A stretch of DNA of 64,000 bases from the NCBI GenBank assembly GCA_027043945.1, contig JALUDS010000087.1, positions 16,424 to 80,423 on the forward strand, given 5' to 3'. The translations under genes were made by a program, and so were the position numbers. This document shows, one piece after another, positions 27,143 to 36,774 of the stretch (positions within the stretch are counted from its first letter, which is position 1; each line of letters starts with the position of its first letter). Source of the stretch: Acidilobaceae archaeon. Its GTDB lineage: Archaea; Thermoproteota; Thermoprotei_A; Sulfolobales; Acidilobaceae. The notes beneath the pieces are model-generated. The model was not told the DNA's origin and did not search any database. It saw nothing but the letters and a program-made list of their open reading frames with translations.

Positions 27143-28582
27143 ATGAGAAAAATAATGACCCGTCTCCTCGACAAAAAGAAAAGAAAGCAGACAACGACAC
27201 CAACACACAAAACACAACACGAACAACCACAAAGAGCACAAATACCAGACATACAATCAATAATAGCAAAGTACAGTGTAGGGCCAGTAACATATATCAT
27301 GTATAAGGACGAATCAGGACTAGCAAGACTAAGAATAAACGAGCCACCAAAACCAGACGAACAAATACTAAAAGAAATATTAGCAGGCCTAGACAGGCCC
27401 CAGACACTTGAAGAAAGATATTACTACGAGAAATACAGGAGCGGATACGGAAGAATATACCCGCTCATAATAGATCCACACATCGAAGAAATAGCAGTCG
27501 ACGGGCCCTACAGGCCTGTGGCAGTAATACATAGATTCCAGCCAAGCAGATGGATAGACGTAGACATCTACCTAACCCGCCAAGAAGCAGACAGCCTATC
27601 ACTCCAACTAGCAAGAAAAGCAGGCAGAATAATAAGCATAGCAAACCCATATGCCGAAGGACTAACAGAAGAAGGACACAGAATAGCAGTAACATTTACA
27701 CGAGAAATAAGCAGGTTCGGAAGCACCGCAGTAATAAGAAAATACCCCGACAAACCCATAACAATGGCAGACCTAATAGCATCCAAAGTAATAGACCCTC
27801 TAACAGCGGCCTACCTATGGATACTAGTAGAGGCAAGAAGCTTCATCATAATAATCGGAAACATGGGATCCGGGAAAACCACACTCCTACAATCACTCGC
27901 CGGACTAATCCCCCCATACCACAGGATAGTAACAATAGAAGACACCCCAGAAATAAGACTACCCCACGCCCACTGGGACAGCCTAGTAGCAAGACCTTCA
28001 ACACCCGGAGGAGAAGCCCCAGAAATAACACTAGAAGACCTACTAAAATTCAGCCTACGCCGAAGAGCAGATCACATAATAGTAGGAGAAGTAAGAGGGA
28101 GAGAAGCAAAACTCCTAGCACAAGCAGCCGCAAGCGGGCACGGAACAATAACGACGTTTCACGCAGACAGTCCGGAAGGCGCTATTCTAAGACTGAGGCT
28201 AGAACCCATAAGCCTACCACCCTTATTTCTCAAGATCATAACAGCAATAGTCCATGTGAGAAGAATCCCTATACCCGGAGGAAGAGCCATTCGCAGGCTC
28301 ATAGGCATAGCAGAAGTAGTAGACAAAGAACTAGTAGAGGTATTCAGATGGATCCCTCATAGAGACCTAACAGAACCACGGGATCCCGGAGAACTAATCA
28401 CTCTATCTCACAAACTCCATGAAGCGTGGGAAAAGCTAGGCATGCCCGCGAGCATGCTAGAACAAGAGCTAAGAGAAAGAACACAATTCCTAACCATTCA
28501 CTCGGGAGCCCCACCAGAAACATTCTACGAGAAGCTCAGAGAATTCTACATATCAAAATACGGGGAGGCGAGCATAATATGA
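27143..28582 (+). CDS. type II/IV secretion-family ATPase (FlaI/PilB/VirB11-like pilus assembly ATPase)
   Basis: Walker A GNMGSGKTT, Asp box/Walker B ADHIIVGEVRG and His box TTFHA. N-terminal K/T/Q-rich extension of about 45 aa. Confidence 0.85.
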   Translation: MRKIMTRLLDKKKRKQTTTPTHKTQHEQPQRAQIPDIQSIIAKYSVGPVTYIMYKDESGLARLRINEPPKPDEQILKEILAGLDRPQTLEERYYYEKYRSGYGRIYPLIIDPHIEEIAVDGPYRPVAVIHRFQPSRWIDVDIYLTRQEADSLSLQLARKAGRIISIANPYAEGLTEEGHRIAVTFTREISRFGSTAVIRKYPDKPITMADLIASKVIDPLTAAYLWILVEARSFIIIIGNMGSGKTTLLQSLAGLIPPYHRIVTIEDTPEIRLPHAHWDSLVARPSTPGGEAPEITLEDLLKFSLRRRADHIIVGEVRGREAKLLAQAAASGHGTITTFHADSPEGAILRLRLEPISLPPLFLKIITAIVHVRRIPIPGGRAIRRLIGIAEVVDKELVEVFRWIPHRDLTEPRDPGELITLSHKLHEAWEKLGMPASMLEQELRERTQFLTIHSGAPPETFYEKLREFYISKYGEASII

Positions 28583-30018
28583 GCAAGTCACAAGCCTTAG
28601 GCCTCCTCAGCATATTAGAAGGCCTCGCCTACCCACTACAACAGTATTACAAGCACATAACAGAATATACAGCGGTAAAAATAGACCCACTAAAGACCAG
28701 TCCTATAGTCGCCGGAAAACTTAGAATCATTCTGGTAATTCTCTTAACGTATTCTACGATAGCATCAGTAACGGCCCCCATAGTAGCACTACTCGATCTA
28801 AATACAGCATTCTACATAACCGCGACAAGCCTATTATTCTACGTTATAGCTGAGGCTCTACCAATTATGTGGAGGAGCATCGAAGGATCAGGAGTAGACT
28901 CCGAGATACCAGCCCTCCTACTCTACCTTATACCATACATGGGTAACCCAAAGTATCTGGCAGACGTCTTAGAAGACGTTCCTGAAGACGTCTTCAAATG
29001 GACAAGTCACGAAGCATCAAAGCTAAGGATGCTCTCACGTCTAGGCCTCGACCCTGTATCATCCCTCAGGAAACTACAGGAGCTCACTCCTTCTAGAAGG
29101 CTAAGAATAATCCTATCAGAATACCTAAACCTACAAGCAATAGGTGCGACCCGGGCATCGATCGCCTTGAGAATAACCAGCAGGGCACTAGACGCAATAA
29201 GGGACTCGTGGGCGAACTATAGTCAAATCGGTAAACTCGGTGTCGAGGCCACCGTGACAAGCCTAGTGGCTATCGGAGCACTACTCCCTCTTGCAGGAGG
29301 AGACAGTGCCATATATGTCGTTGCTCTCCCGGTCGTGGCAGTAATTGTGACAGGCATCGCCTTATTATTAATGAGGCCACGCATAGGCGACTCGCCCCGC
29401 AAATGGTATATTCCGCTAATAGCATTATCAGGCATCGCTCTCAGCGTAATATTGATCACACTAGGATACAAGTACACCGCCATGGTTCCAGCCGCCCTCT
29501 CATCACTCATAGGAGAATTATCATACGTCAAGATCAAGCAATCAGAAGAACAAGCACTCATAAACTTGAGAGTAGCAGGAGAGAAGGCAAGATACGGACA
29601 AGACTATATGGAGGCCCTCGAAGAGGCAAAAGCAGTAGGCGAAGGAATAGTTGAGGCAGTAATAAGAGCAAGTAGAATAGCAGGCTCGATAGGGCTAGGT
29701 GAAGCACTCTCGGATCTAGCAAGAATACTAGACGAAGCCTACAGTATACGCAGAAGAGTATGGATCGAATCAATATTACTAGAGGCAATAAGCATAATTG
29801 CCCCAATAATAGCACTAGTAACCCTCGAAAAAGCAGTATCATTCATAGGATCAACTGCCGTACTACTAGGAGGAATAGCGGGCCCAAGCATAGATCCAAG
29901 CACATTAATGGTCCTGGCCCCGGTAACCCCTCTCGCAGCATCCATTTATAGGAGAGGGCTAAACTTCACAGCTACATCCTCGCTAATAGCACTAGTACTC
30001 GTACTTCTTGTCGTATAG
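28579..30018 (+). CDS. FlaJ/TadC-like polytopic pilus platform protein
   Basis: ATGA start/stop overlap with the ATPase. Alternating TM bundles and helical cytoplasmic domains, as in T2SS-F-type proteins. Confidence 0.65.
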   Translation: MSKSQALGLLSILEGLAYPLQQYYKHITEYTAVKIDPLKTSPIVAGKLRIILVILLTYSTIASVTAPIVALLDLNTAFYITATSLLFYVIAEALPIMWRSIEGSGVDSEIPALLLYLIPYMGNPKYLADVLEDVPEDVFKWTSHEASKLRMLSRLGLDPVSSLRKLQELTPSRRLRIILSEYLNLQAIGATRASIALRITSRALDAIRDSWANYSQIGKLGVEATVTSLVAIGALLPLAGGDSAIYVVALPVVAVIVTGIALLLMRPRIGDSPRKWYIPLIALSGIALSVILITLGYKYTAMVPAALSSLIGELSYVKIKQSEEQALINLRVAGEKARYGQDYMEALEEAKAVGEGIVEAVIRASRIAGSIGLGEALSDLARILDEAYSIRRRVWIESILLEAISIIAPIIALVTLEKAVSFIGSTAVLLGGIAGPSIDPSTLMVLAPVTPLAASIYRRGLNFTATSSLIALVLVLLVV

Positions 30019-30041
30019 AGTCCTATTATTGATACTGATTG

Positions 30042-30590
30042 TTAAGTGAAGCTCCTAACAGCTCTAGCCTCATAATAAGTTACGTTACCGTGGCCATCTA
30101 CAATAGCGACAACCGGATCCATTCCATCGCCGGAGGCAAGCCTACTCCACTCAACTATATCTTCGAGCTCTACGAGAACACCCTCCCTAAGCACCAGTAT
30201 CTCGACAGGCCTCCCCTTAGAGCCTTTTCTCATAATCAGGGTGCCAGGACGGAACCCCCTCGTAACAATACGCCCTCTCTTCCTTAGATCATAATATACG
30301 AAGAACAAGTCCATGTCTCCAGGAGAAACCCTGGATATTAAATCGAGAGAAACAACCCATCCACACTCTGACCCAATCGAGATAATACACTTGGCAACCA
30401 AATAGGCGGCTTCAAGCACCTCTAGAAAGCCGTCAATGATCAGCCCCCTACTCCTAAGACTCTCACAGAAAGACCTATCAAAGCACTCGTCGACAACTAC
30501 CTTGGTATCCTCAACACTTAGCCTTAGCTTAAAGCTTGGTCGATCAACCTTCTCCTCCAACCGCATATTCCCCACTATATCTCCCGTCAT
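30042..30590 (-). CDS. endA: tRNA-splicing endonuclease subunit (EndA family)
   Basis: VYYDLRKRG motif, C-terminal catalytic-domain pattern with GHGNVTYYE, and a length of 182 aa. Confidence 0.8.
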   Translation of the reverse strand: MTGDIVGNMRLEEKVDRPSFKLRLSVEDTKVVVDECFDRSFCESLRSRGLIIDGFLEVLEAAYLVAKCIISIGSECGWVVSLDLISRVSPGDMDLFFVYYDLRKRGRIVTRGFRPGTLIMRKGSKGRPVEILVLREGVLVELEDIVEWSRLASGDGMDPVVAIVDGHGNVTYYEARAVRSFT

Positions 30591-30644
30591 GGTAACATTA
30601 ATTATATTGTAGCTACGAGTATTGAGAACACATGGTGCAAGGAT

Positions 30645-30818
30645 ATGAGCCTACCAGAAGACCTCAAGACAAACCTAACAAGAAAACTTAGAGAGGACGC
30701 CAAAAAATACAAGAACGAGAAAATATCACGTTTAGAGGCCCTTTATAACGGGAAGAGAAAAGACCTACTCTCAAAATACCAAGAAGCAATAGAAGAATTC
30801 ACAAAAAGCCTACAATGA
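30645..30818 (+). CDS. possible 57-aa helical K/E-rich small protein
   Basis: ATG-initiated ORF MSLPEDLKTNLTRKLREDAKKYKNEK...EEFTKSLQ, below the track cutoff. Purine-rich on the plus strand like neighbouring genes. Weak SD. Confidence 0.3.
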   Translation: MSLPEDLKTNLTRKLREDAKKYKNEKISRLEALYNGKRKDLLSKYQEAIEEFTKSLQ

Positions 30819-30874
30819 CGTCACTATCTGTTTTCCCCAGATAATATCAACAACACCTATAAGGGAGAATAGAT

Positions 30875-31408
30875 ATGGTTTCAAGACGACTCCTCCTATT
30901 ACTATCCGGAGTCCTACTCATAGCCCTAGTATTAGCCGTAGGAAATCTCATTAAAACAGACGAGATAATATTCCATGTTAACTCCGCGTATATCCTCCAA
31001 CCCGGATCAGGAGCAGTAGCATCAATCACAGAGGCTCAAACCAACACCTTCCATCTCAAGATAACATCAAAACAGGGAACATCAGTGAAACTCATAATAA
31101 AAGATCAAGCAGGAAACACAGTCTACGAAGAAGACATCATCGGCCAAACAACTAAAATAACCCAGATCCCCGTAAAGCAAGGATCACAATACTATCTCCA
31201 CGTCTACTCAACACAGATGAATTCAGAAATAACAATACAATTATGGGAAATAAACACACAACCCATAATAATGACAGGCTACGCTGCTCTACTATATCCA
31301 CCTCTCATAGTAGGAGGTTCTCTAATAGGATTATCAATCACGGCGAGAAACGAGAATAACAACCGGTCAGAAACAAGCCCCAGTGTAGAAAACGAGAATC
31401 ACGAGTAG
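30875..31408 (+). CDS. hypothetical membrane-anchored extracellular protein
   Basis: N-terminal signal/anchor (LLLLLSGVLLIALVLAV), a beta-rich domain and a C-terminal TM segment. GGGAG lies upstream of the ATG. Confidence 0.5.
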   Translation: MVSRRLLLLLSGVLLIALVLAVGNLIKTDEIIFHVNSAYILQPGSGAVASITEAQTNTFHLKITSKQGTSVKLIIKDQAGNTVYEEDIIGQTTKITQIPVKQGSQYYLHVYSTQMNSEITIQLWEINTQPIIMTGYAALLYPPLIVGGSLIGLSITARNENNNRSETSPSVENENHE

Positions 31409-31505
31409 TCTATGTAAACCCGGGACACACCCTACTATACACAAGCATTCTTAACCCTCCACAAGTATCCAATAATTATAATTGATGTTCTTGGAGGGAA
31501 GAGAG

Positions 31506-31916
31506 ATGAATTCTATCAAACAAGCAGTCTATACAGACAAAGCTCCTAGACCAGTCGGGCCCTACAGTCAAGCAATCCTAATAGACGGATTCCTATTCGT
31601 ATCAGGACAGATCCCAATAGATCCCTCGACGGGCAAACTCATAGACGGAACCTTCGAAGAAAAGACACGTAGAGTACTAGAAAACGTGAAAGCAATAATC
31701 GAAGCGGCGGGAGGAACACTGGATGACGTAGTCAAGGTAACAGTTTACCTAAAAGACATAGGCAAATTCTCGGAGTTCAACAAAGTATACTCCGAATACT
31801 TCAAAGGAGTACCCCCAGCAAGAGTCGTTGTAGAGGTGAGCAATCTACCGCTAGGAGCAGACCTAGAGATGGAAGCCATCGCCTACATACCCACTACACA
31901 AGAAGAACACTACTAG
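31506..31916 (+). CDS. ridA: RidA/YjgF/TdcF-family enamine/imine deaminase
   Basis: APRPVGPYSQAI, GQIPIDP and ARVVVEVSNLPLGADLEMEAIA signatures. Confidence 0.9.
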   Translation: MNSIKQAVYTDKAPRPVGPYSQAILIDGFLFVSGQIPIDPSTGKLIDGTFEEKTRRVLENVKAIIEAAGGTLDDVVKVTVYLKDIGKFSEFNKVYSEYFKGVPPARVVVEVSNLPLGADLEMEAIAYIPTTQEEHY

Positions 31917-31952
31917 TAGCCGACACTAGAAGTCTAGGAGGAGGTTACCCTA

Positions 31953-33179
31953 TTGGACGAGCTAATAAACGATATAGTTCAACGGAGCAGAGAAGCCCTA
32001 AGAGTAATAAGAGACTATGTACATAAAACCCCGATAGAAGCATCATCAACCTTCTCTCGGCTAGCAAACGGAAAAGTCTACCTGAAATACGAGAACCTGC
32101 AAAAGACAGGAGCCTTCAAGGTCAGAGGAGCCCTCTATAAAGTATACAAGATAAAGGACAAATATGACGGCGTAGTAGCCGCCAGCGCCGGAAACCACGC
32201 CCAAGGAGTAGCATACGCTGCATCAGTATTTGGTCTAAAATCAATAATCGTCATGCCCGTAGGAGCCCCCATAGCCAAAATAGAAGCGACCAAAGGATAT
32301 GGGGCAGAAGTAGTACTCGCCGGATCAGTATTCGACGAGACACTCAAAGCGGCACAAAAGATTGCAGAGGAGAAAGGATACTACCTGGTACACGCATTCA
32401 ATGACCCAGACGTAATAGCTGGGCAAGGAACAATAGCCTTCGAGATAATGGAACAACTAGACAGCTTCGACCAGGTCCTCGTACCCGTCGGTGGAGGAGG
32501 ATTAATCTCTGGAATAGGATCGGTTCTAAAGAAGTATCGTCCCTATGTGAAAATAGTAGGAGTCGAGCCAAGCGTAGCACCAAAAGCAACACGCGCACTA
32601 CAAGAAGGAAAACTAGTCACAATAAAGCCAGGCGTATCAATAGCAGACGGCCTTATAGTAAAGACACTTGGTGATCTAACATTCAAAATAATGACAAAAG
32701 TAGTAGACTCAATGATAACAGTAGAAGAAGACGAGATAGCTCACGCGATCTATCTACTCCTTGAGCGAGGAAAAGTACTCTCAGAGGGAGCAGGAGCCGT
32801 TCCACTCGCAGCACTCCTATACGGGAGAGTAGACACACGTGATAAAACAAGCGTCGCAATAATAAGCGGAGGAAATATAGATCTAACCCACATATACAGG
32901 ATAATCCTAAGAGGCTTAGGACGTGAAGGCAGGCTTGCACGCATAGCGGGATACGTGCCTGACGCTCCGGGACAGCTAAGGAGGGTCCTTGAAGTAATAG
33001 CTTCTAACAGAGGAAACGTAATAGGAATACAGCATGACAGAATAGATCCAAGACTACCGGCATGGCATGCAAAGGTAATCGTAACGTTTGAAGCGCCTGG
33101 AAGAGACAAAATAAAAATGATAGTTAAAACGCTCAGAGAGGAAGGATACGAGTTCTGGGAAGAGGACTCATACGAGTAG
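31953..33179 (+). CDS. ilvA: threonine ammonia-lyase (PLP-dependent, with C-terminal ACT-like regulatory domain)
   Basis: LQKTGAFKVRGA lysine motif, ASAGNHAQG, GGGGLISG glycine loop. TTG start preceded by GGAGGAGG. Confidence 0.9.
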   Translation: MDELINDIVQRSREALRVIRDYVHKTPIEASSTFSRLANGKVYLKYENLQKTGAFKVRGALYKVYKIKDKYDGVVAASAGNHAQGVAYAASVFGLKSIIVMPVGAPIAKIEATKGYGAEVVLAGSVFDETLKAAQKIAEEKGYYLVHAFNDPDVIAGQGTIAFEIMEQLDSFDQVLVPVGGGGLISGIGSVLKKYRPYVKIVGVEPSVAPKATRALQEGKLVTIKPGVSIADGLIVKTLGDLTFKIMTKVVDSMITVEEDEIAHAIYLLLERGKVLSEGAGAVPLAALLYGRVDTRDKTSVAIISGGNIDLTHIYRIILRGLGREGRLARIAGYVPDAPGQLRRVLEVIASNRGNVIGIQHDRIDPRLPAWHAKVIVTFEAPGRDKIKMIVKTLREEGYEFWEEDSYE

Positions 33180-33188
33180 CGTCACTTG

Positions 33189-33842
33189 TCATAGATACTC
33201 TTCATCCCATATTATACCAGATTCAAGAAGATCCCTAATCCGTTTCGGGACAATAGGACTACCATCACGGCCAAGAGGATAAACAAAGGGAAGCTCAACA
33301 CTATATTGTCCAAAAGGCGACTCCAGCCAGAGCACAGCTGGGCCACCAACCTCAATATCACTAACTCTTTTCCCACCATAAACCTGTATCACGGCCCACG
33401 TAGCAGTGTGAATACTCATTTGTCCAGGCCCCAAGTTCCTCGCAGAGAAACCAGGCAGATCATGAACCAACAATAGACCCCTAGCCTTAGGAGGATAATC
33501 CCCCATTATTCCTCCAATAACAATACACGTAGCCGCACGAGCCTCCCAGGGCTCAAGCGGCCTGGGCGCTCGGAGATCCATAACTATCGAGGGAGAAGAA
33601 CAACCGATTTCCCTAGCAGAAACATACGTATAAGGAATATCATTCTTATCCAGCAGAGAAGCCAGCATAGGATCATAAACCCGTGATATCACTAGATCGA
33701 GTCCAAATTCTCTTGCCACTTCATAAGATTCGATATATTCGGCCACGAGCCAGCGTGTAGGCTTAGATTCTAAGTGTTCTATAACGATTAACGGAGCCTC
33801 AAAGACCTTATCGGTGCCCGGCACATTCAAGAGTATTCCCAT
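33189..33842 (-). CDS. DUF431/SFM1-like SPOUT-family SAM-dependent methyltransferase
   Basis: N-terminal LIVIEHLESKPTRWLVAEY resembles the YIIEHME..W..LEY start of SFM1-type proteins. Size is about 217 aa. Confidence 0.5.
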   Translation of the reverse strand: MGILLNVPGTDKVFEAPLIVIEHLESKPTRWLVAEYIESYEVAREFGLDLVISRVYDPMLASLLDKNDIPYTYVSAREIGCSSPSIVMDLRAPRPLEPWEARAATCIVIGGIMGDYPPKARGLLLVHDLPGFSARNLGPGQMSIHTATWAVIQVYGGKRVSDIEVGGPAVLWLESPFGQYSVELPFVYPLGRDGSPIVPKRIRDLLESGIIWDEEYL

Positions 33843-33950
33843 ACCTCTATCCCAACCAACTGGGTTATGGCCGGAAATCCTTAAATACCACCAAGGAGCT
33901 CCCTATGAATAACGAACCAACAGCTAAGAACAGGAAAGAGGTGTACAGAG

Positions 33951-34262
33951 ATGGCATGTGAAGGAGCACCTGAGGTAAGAATCGGTAAGAAGTCAATCCA
34001 GAGCTATGTCCTCGCAATACTAATGAACTTAGTAGACCAGGGTGCAAACCAGGTCGTAGTAAAAGCAAGAGGCCGCAACATCAACAAGGCAGTCGACGCA
34101 GTAGAAATAGTAAGAAACAGGTTCGCCAAGGGCGTAAACATAGTAGTAGAGAGCTGTGAGATCGGCAGCCAAGAAATACCAATAACAGACCCACAGACAG
34201 GCCAGACCAGAACCAGGAGAGTAAGCAGCATCGAGATCTGCCTCAAGAAAGAGGCAGCCTAA
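33951..34262 (+). CDS. albA: chromatin protein Alba (Sso10b family)
   Basis: VRIGKKSIQSYVLAIL, VVVKARGRNINKAVDAVEIVRNRF. GAGGTG upstream, with a TATA-like CCTTAAATACC box. Confidence 0.9.
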   Translation: MACEGAPEVRIGKKSIQSYVLAILMNLVDQGANQVVVKARGRNINKAVDAVEIVRNRFAKGVNIVVESCEIGSQEIPITDPQTGQTRTRRVSSIEICLKKEAA

Positions 34263-34528
34263 ACCACTCTAACATAAATATAAACACAATAGTAAATACC
34301 GGGATTTTTCCGAAGATCAGCCCCTGCTCTAGGAACGAGAACGCCAATGACACAGGCGCCGACACTAACAGGCACATCCTATCATTCTAATCTCATAACC
34401 TCCTCGTCAAAAAGATATCCTTCTTGACATAGAGACCTTAGTAACTGTCTAATCTAACGCTACAGATCAATAATGTAAAATAATAGACGCATACAATATA
34501 ATGAATCTGGACAATAGGTGGATACGGT

Positions 34529-35263
34529 ATGCAGGACCAGCTGCTCAAGACCATAATCGAGAAAACGTTATCACAGCTAACACCAGAGGAAGCAGCAGGG
34601 CTCATTGATAACACTCTCCTCTCTCCTCGAACAACCATACCAGACGCGCTCAGACTAATAGAAGAAACAGCTAGATACGGGCTCAACTGTGCAATGATTC
34701 CCTCAGCACTAGTGTATAGGGTATACGACGCCGCCAAAAGCTTAGGAACTAGGCTATGCACAGTCATAGGCTTTCCCCTGGGAGCAGTAGCAGCTGACTC
34801 GAAGCGAGCAGAAATATTAACAGTTTCTAGCTATGTTGAAGAAATAGATATTGTCGCGCCCATATGGGCGGCAGAATCAGGTAACTACGATTACCTAGTG
34901 GAAGAGTTGAATGAACTAGTTACAACCGCAAAGGAACACGGTATAGGGACAGTCAAGATAATAGTAATGGCTCCGCTAGTATCGGACAACGTTCTAGCGA
35001 TGCTTGTTGAGGCTTCTGCCAAGGCGGGAGCCGACTATGTTAAGACCAGTACAGGGGTATATTCCAAGGGAGGAGACCCACGCACGGTTCTCCGATTATC
35101 AGAACTTGCAGAGAAATATGGTCTAAAAGTAAAGGCTGCGGGAGGAATTAGAACAGCTATTGATATGATACTAGCCTTAGCAAGTGGAGCCCATAGAATA
35201 GGGACAAGTGCAGGGGTTAGGATACTCGAGGACTACAAGAGATTATATGAACAGTTAGCATAG
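34529..35263 (+). CDS. deoC: deoxyribose-phosphate aldolase
   Basis: IDNTLL near the N-terminus, VIGFPLG, Schiff-base lysine context ADYVKTSTG, and GGIRT. Confidence 0.85.
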   Translation: MQDQLLKTIIEKTLSQLTPEEAAGLIDNTLLSPRTTIPDALRLIEETARYGLNCAMIPSALVYRVYDAAKSLGTRLCTVIGFPLGAVAADSKRAEILTVSSYVEEIDIVAPIWAAESGNYDYLVEELNELVTTAKEHGIGTVKIIVMAPLVSDNVLAMLVEASAKAGADYVKTSTGVYSKGGDPRTVLRLSELAEKYGLKVKAAGGIRTAIDMILALASGAHRIGTSAGVRILEDYKRLYEQLA

Positions 35264-35273
35264 GAGAACAGAC

Positions 35274-36767
35274 GTGAGGATAGGTATAGTAACCAGTAAG
35301 AACGCTGAGCCACTAATAAAAAGCGTATTAGAGCATCTAGACCCAGAAATAGCCAATAAAATAGATATCAACATAATAACACTACCAATACCGGCAATAA
35401 GTCACCTCGACACATCGACACTAGCAAGACTACTATTATTGCAGAAAGACAAACTCAAAGACATAGATATCCTCCTGATACCAGGACTCTGCAGAGGCTC
35501 AGCCCACATAATAGAAGAAGCCACCGGCGTTACAGCATACAAGGCAAGTAAGGATCCCGGACTCCTACCAGAAGTACTACGCCTAGTACACAATGGTGAA
35601 AGACTAAGTAAAGAATATCCGATCGAGGACTACTATAGTAATATACAGTCAATACAAGAGACACCACGCACAGCGTTCAAAATCAGACAGCTAGATATAC
35701 CACAAAGAGGACCTCCTCTACTTATAGCCGCGGAGATCCCTCCTCTACTCAATGAACACCAATCGTTAAAGCTCGCCGAGAGATATATGGAAGAAGGAGC
35801 AGATATTATCATAGTAGGATCAAGTAACTTTGAGAGCCTCGATCTATTCTCTAAAAGAATAGATATCGCACTCGACACAGGGAAGCCCGTCCTATGCGAA
35901 GCAGCGTCTCGCAAAGCTTTCCGTGTAGGTCTAGATAAGGGCTGCGACGGATTCTCTCTATCAAGCGATCAAATACTAGGCGGAGGAACCAGTGACCTAA
36001 GTGAATTAACCGATAAAGTAATTATAATAGGAGACAGAGATCTCTCCAAGCTTATCCAAGCGATCAGAATACTTGAAGAACACGGGGTAAGGAAAAACAT
36101 AGTTGACCCCGTAGTAGGTCTACCAATGATAGATTTTACCGAGACCTTCTACCGGTATAGAAGAGCCTCATCACTAGACTATCCCATGCTCTTCTCGGCT
36201 GCCAACGTCCTTGAAGAGCTGAGTGCTGACACTTACGCGGTTCAGGGACTCCTCATGACAATAGCAGCAGAGCTAAGAGCTTCTGTTTATCTCGTAGTCG
36301 AGTCAACATACAAAAGTATACATACAGTAGCTGAGGCGAGAGAAGCATCTAGGCTAGTGACCAAGGCGTTCTTAAAGAAAACGACTCCACGAGATCCCTT
36401 CACCAGGCTCCTAGTCATAAAACAGGAAAACTATCCGCCCAAGATCCGTTTAGAGAAGTCATCGGAGGAAGAGATTATCGATGTGCCCGACTATCTAGAG
36501 CCCAAAATGGACAGAGGATATTTCGTCATAAATGTTGATCACGAAGCCGGCAAAATAATCGTAGTCTACCGGGAAGGATCTAGGACTATCACATGGCGTG
36601 GCAGGGGTGCCCGAGGGTTATTTAGAACTATAACTAGGAGCATAAATATCTCAAGAGAGCATGCCGCGTATCTAGGCTATGAGTTAGCCAAAGCCCAGCT
36701 CGCTCTCGAGACGGGTAGAAGCTATATCCAGGACAAGCCTTTATTCAATTATCCATGGAGGGTGTAG
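35274..36767 (+). CDS. dihydropteroate synthase-related protein (archaeal pterin-binding domain plus DUF4346-like C-terminus)
   Basis: Three-part architecture of about 500 aa. C-terminal GYFVINVDHEAGKIIV...ISREHAAYLGYELAKA resembles the archaeal DHPS-like family. Assignment is from memory of the family only. Confidence 0.55.
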   Translation: MRIGIVTSKNAEPLIKSVLEHLDPEIANKIDINIITLPIPAISHLDTSTLARLLLLQKDKLKDIDILLIPGLCRGSAHIIEEATGVTAYKASKDPGLLPEVLRLVHNGERLSKEYPIEDYYSNIQSIQETPRTAFKIRQLDIPQRGPPLLIAAEIPPLLNEHQSLKLAERYMEEGADIIIVGSSNFESLDLFSKRIDIALDTGKPVLCEAASRKAFRVGLDKGCDGFSLSSDQILGGGTSDLSELTDKVIIIGDRDLSKLIQAIRILEEHGVRKNIVDPVVGLPMIDFTETFYRYRRASSLDYPMLFSAANVLEELSADTYAVQGLLMTIAAELRASVYLVVESTYKSIHTVAEAREASRLVTKAFLKKTTPRDPFTRLLVIKQENYPPKIRLEKSSEEEIIDVPDYLEPKMDRGYFVINVDHEAGKIIVVYREGSRTITWRGRGARGLFRTITRSINISREHAAYLGYELAKAQLALETGRSYIQDKPLFNYPWRV

Positions 36768-36774
36768 TACTAGG

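Noticed and set aside
27550-28362. A 270-aa Arg/Asn/Thr-rich +1-frame ORF inside the pilus ATPase gene, and a similar 185-aa basic ORF (14907-15464) inside the acyl-CoA dehydrogenase gene.
   Set aside because: These are frame-shifted readings of AGA/GAA-rich sequence. They have no start context and overlap conserved domains in the main frame.
34263-34528. A 266-bp spacer between albA and deoC, containing a 26-codon ORF and a minus-strand 109-aa track ORF (34438-34767).
   Set aside because: There is no structure, repeat or SD support. The minus-strand ORF overlaps the deoC start and is low-complexity.
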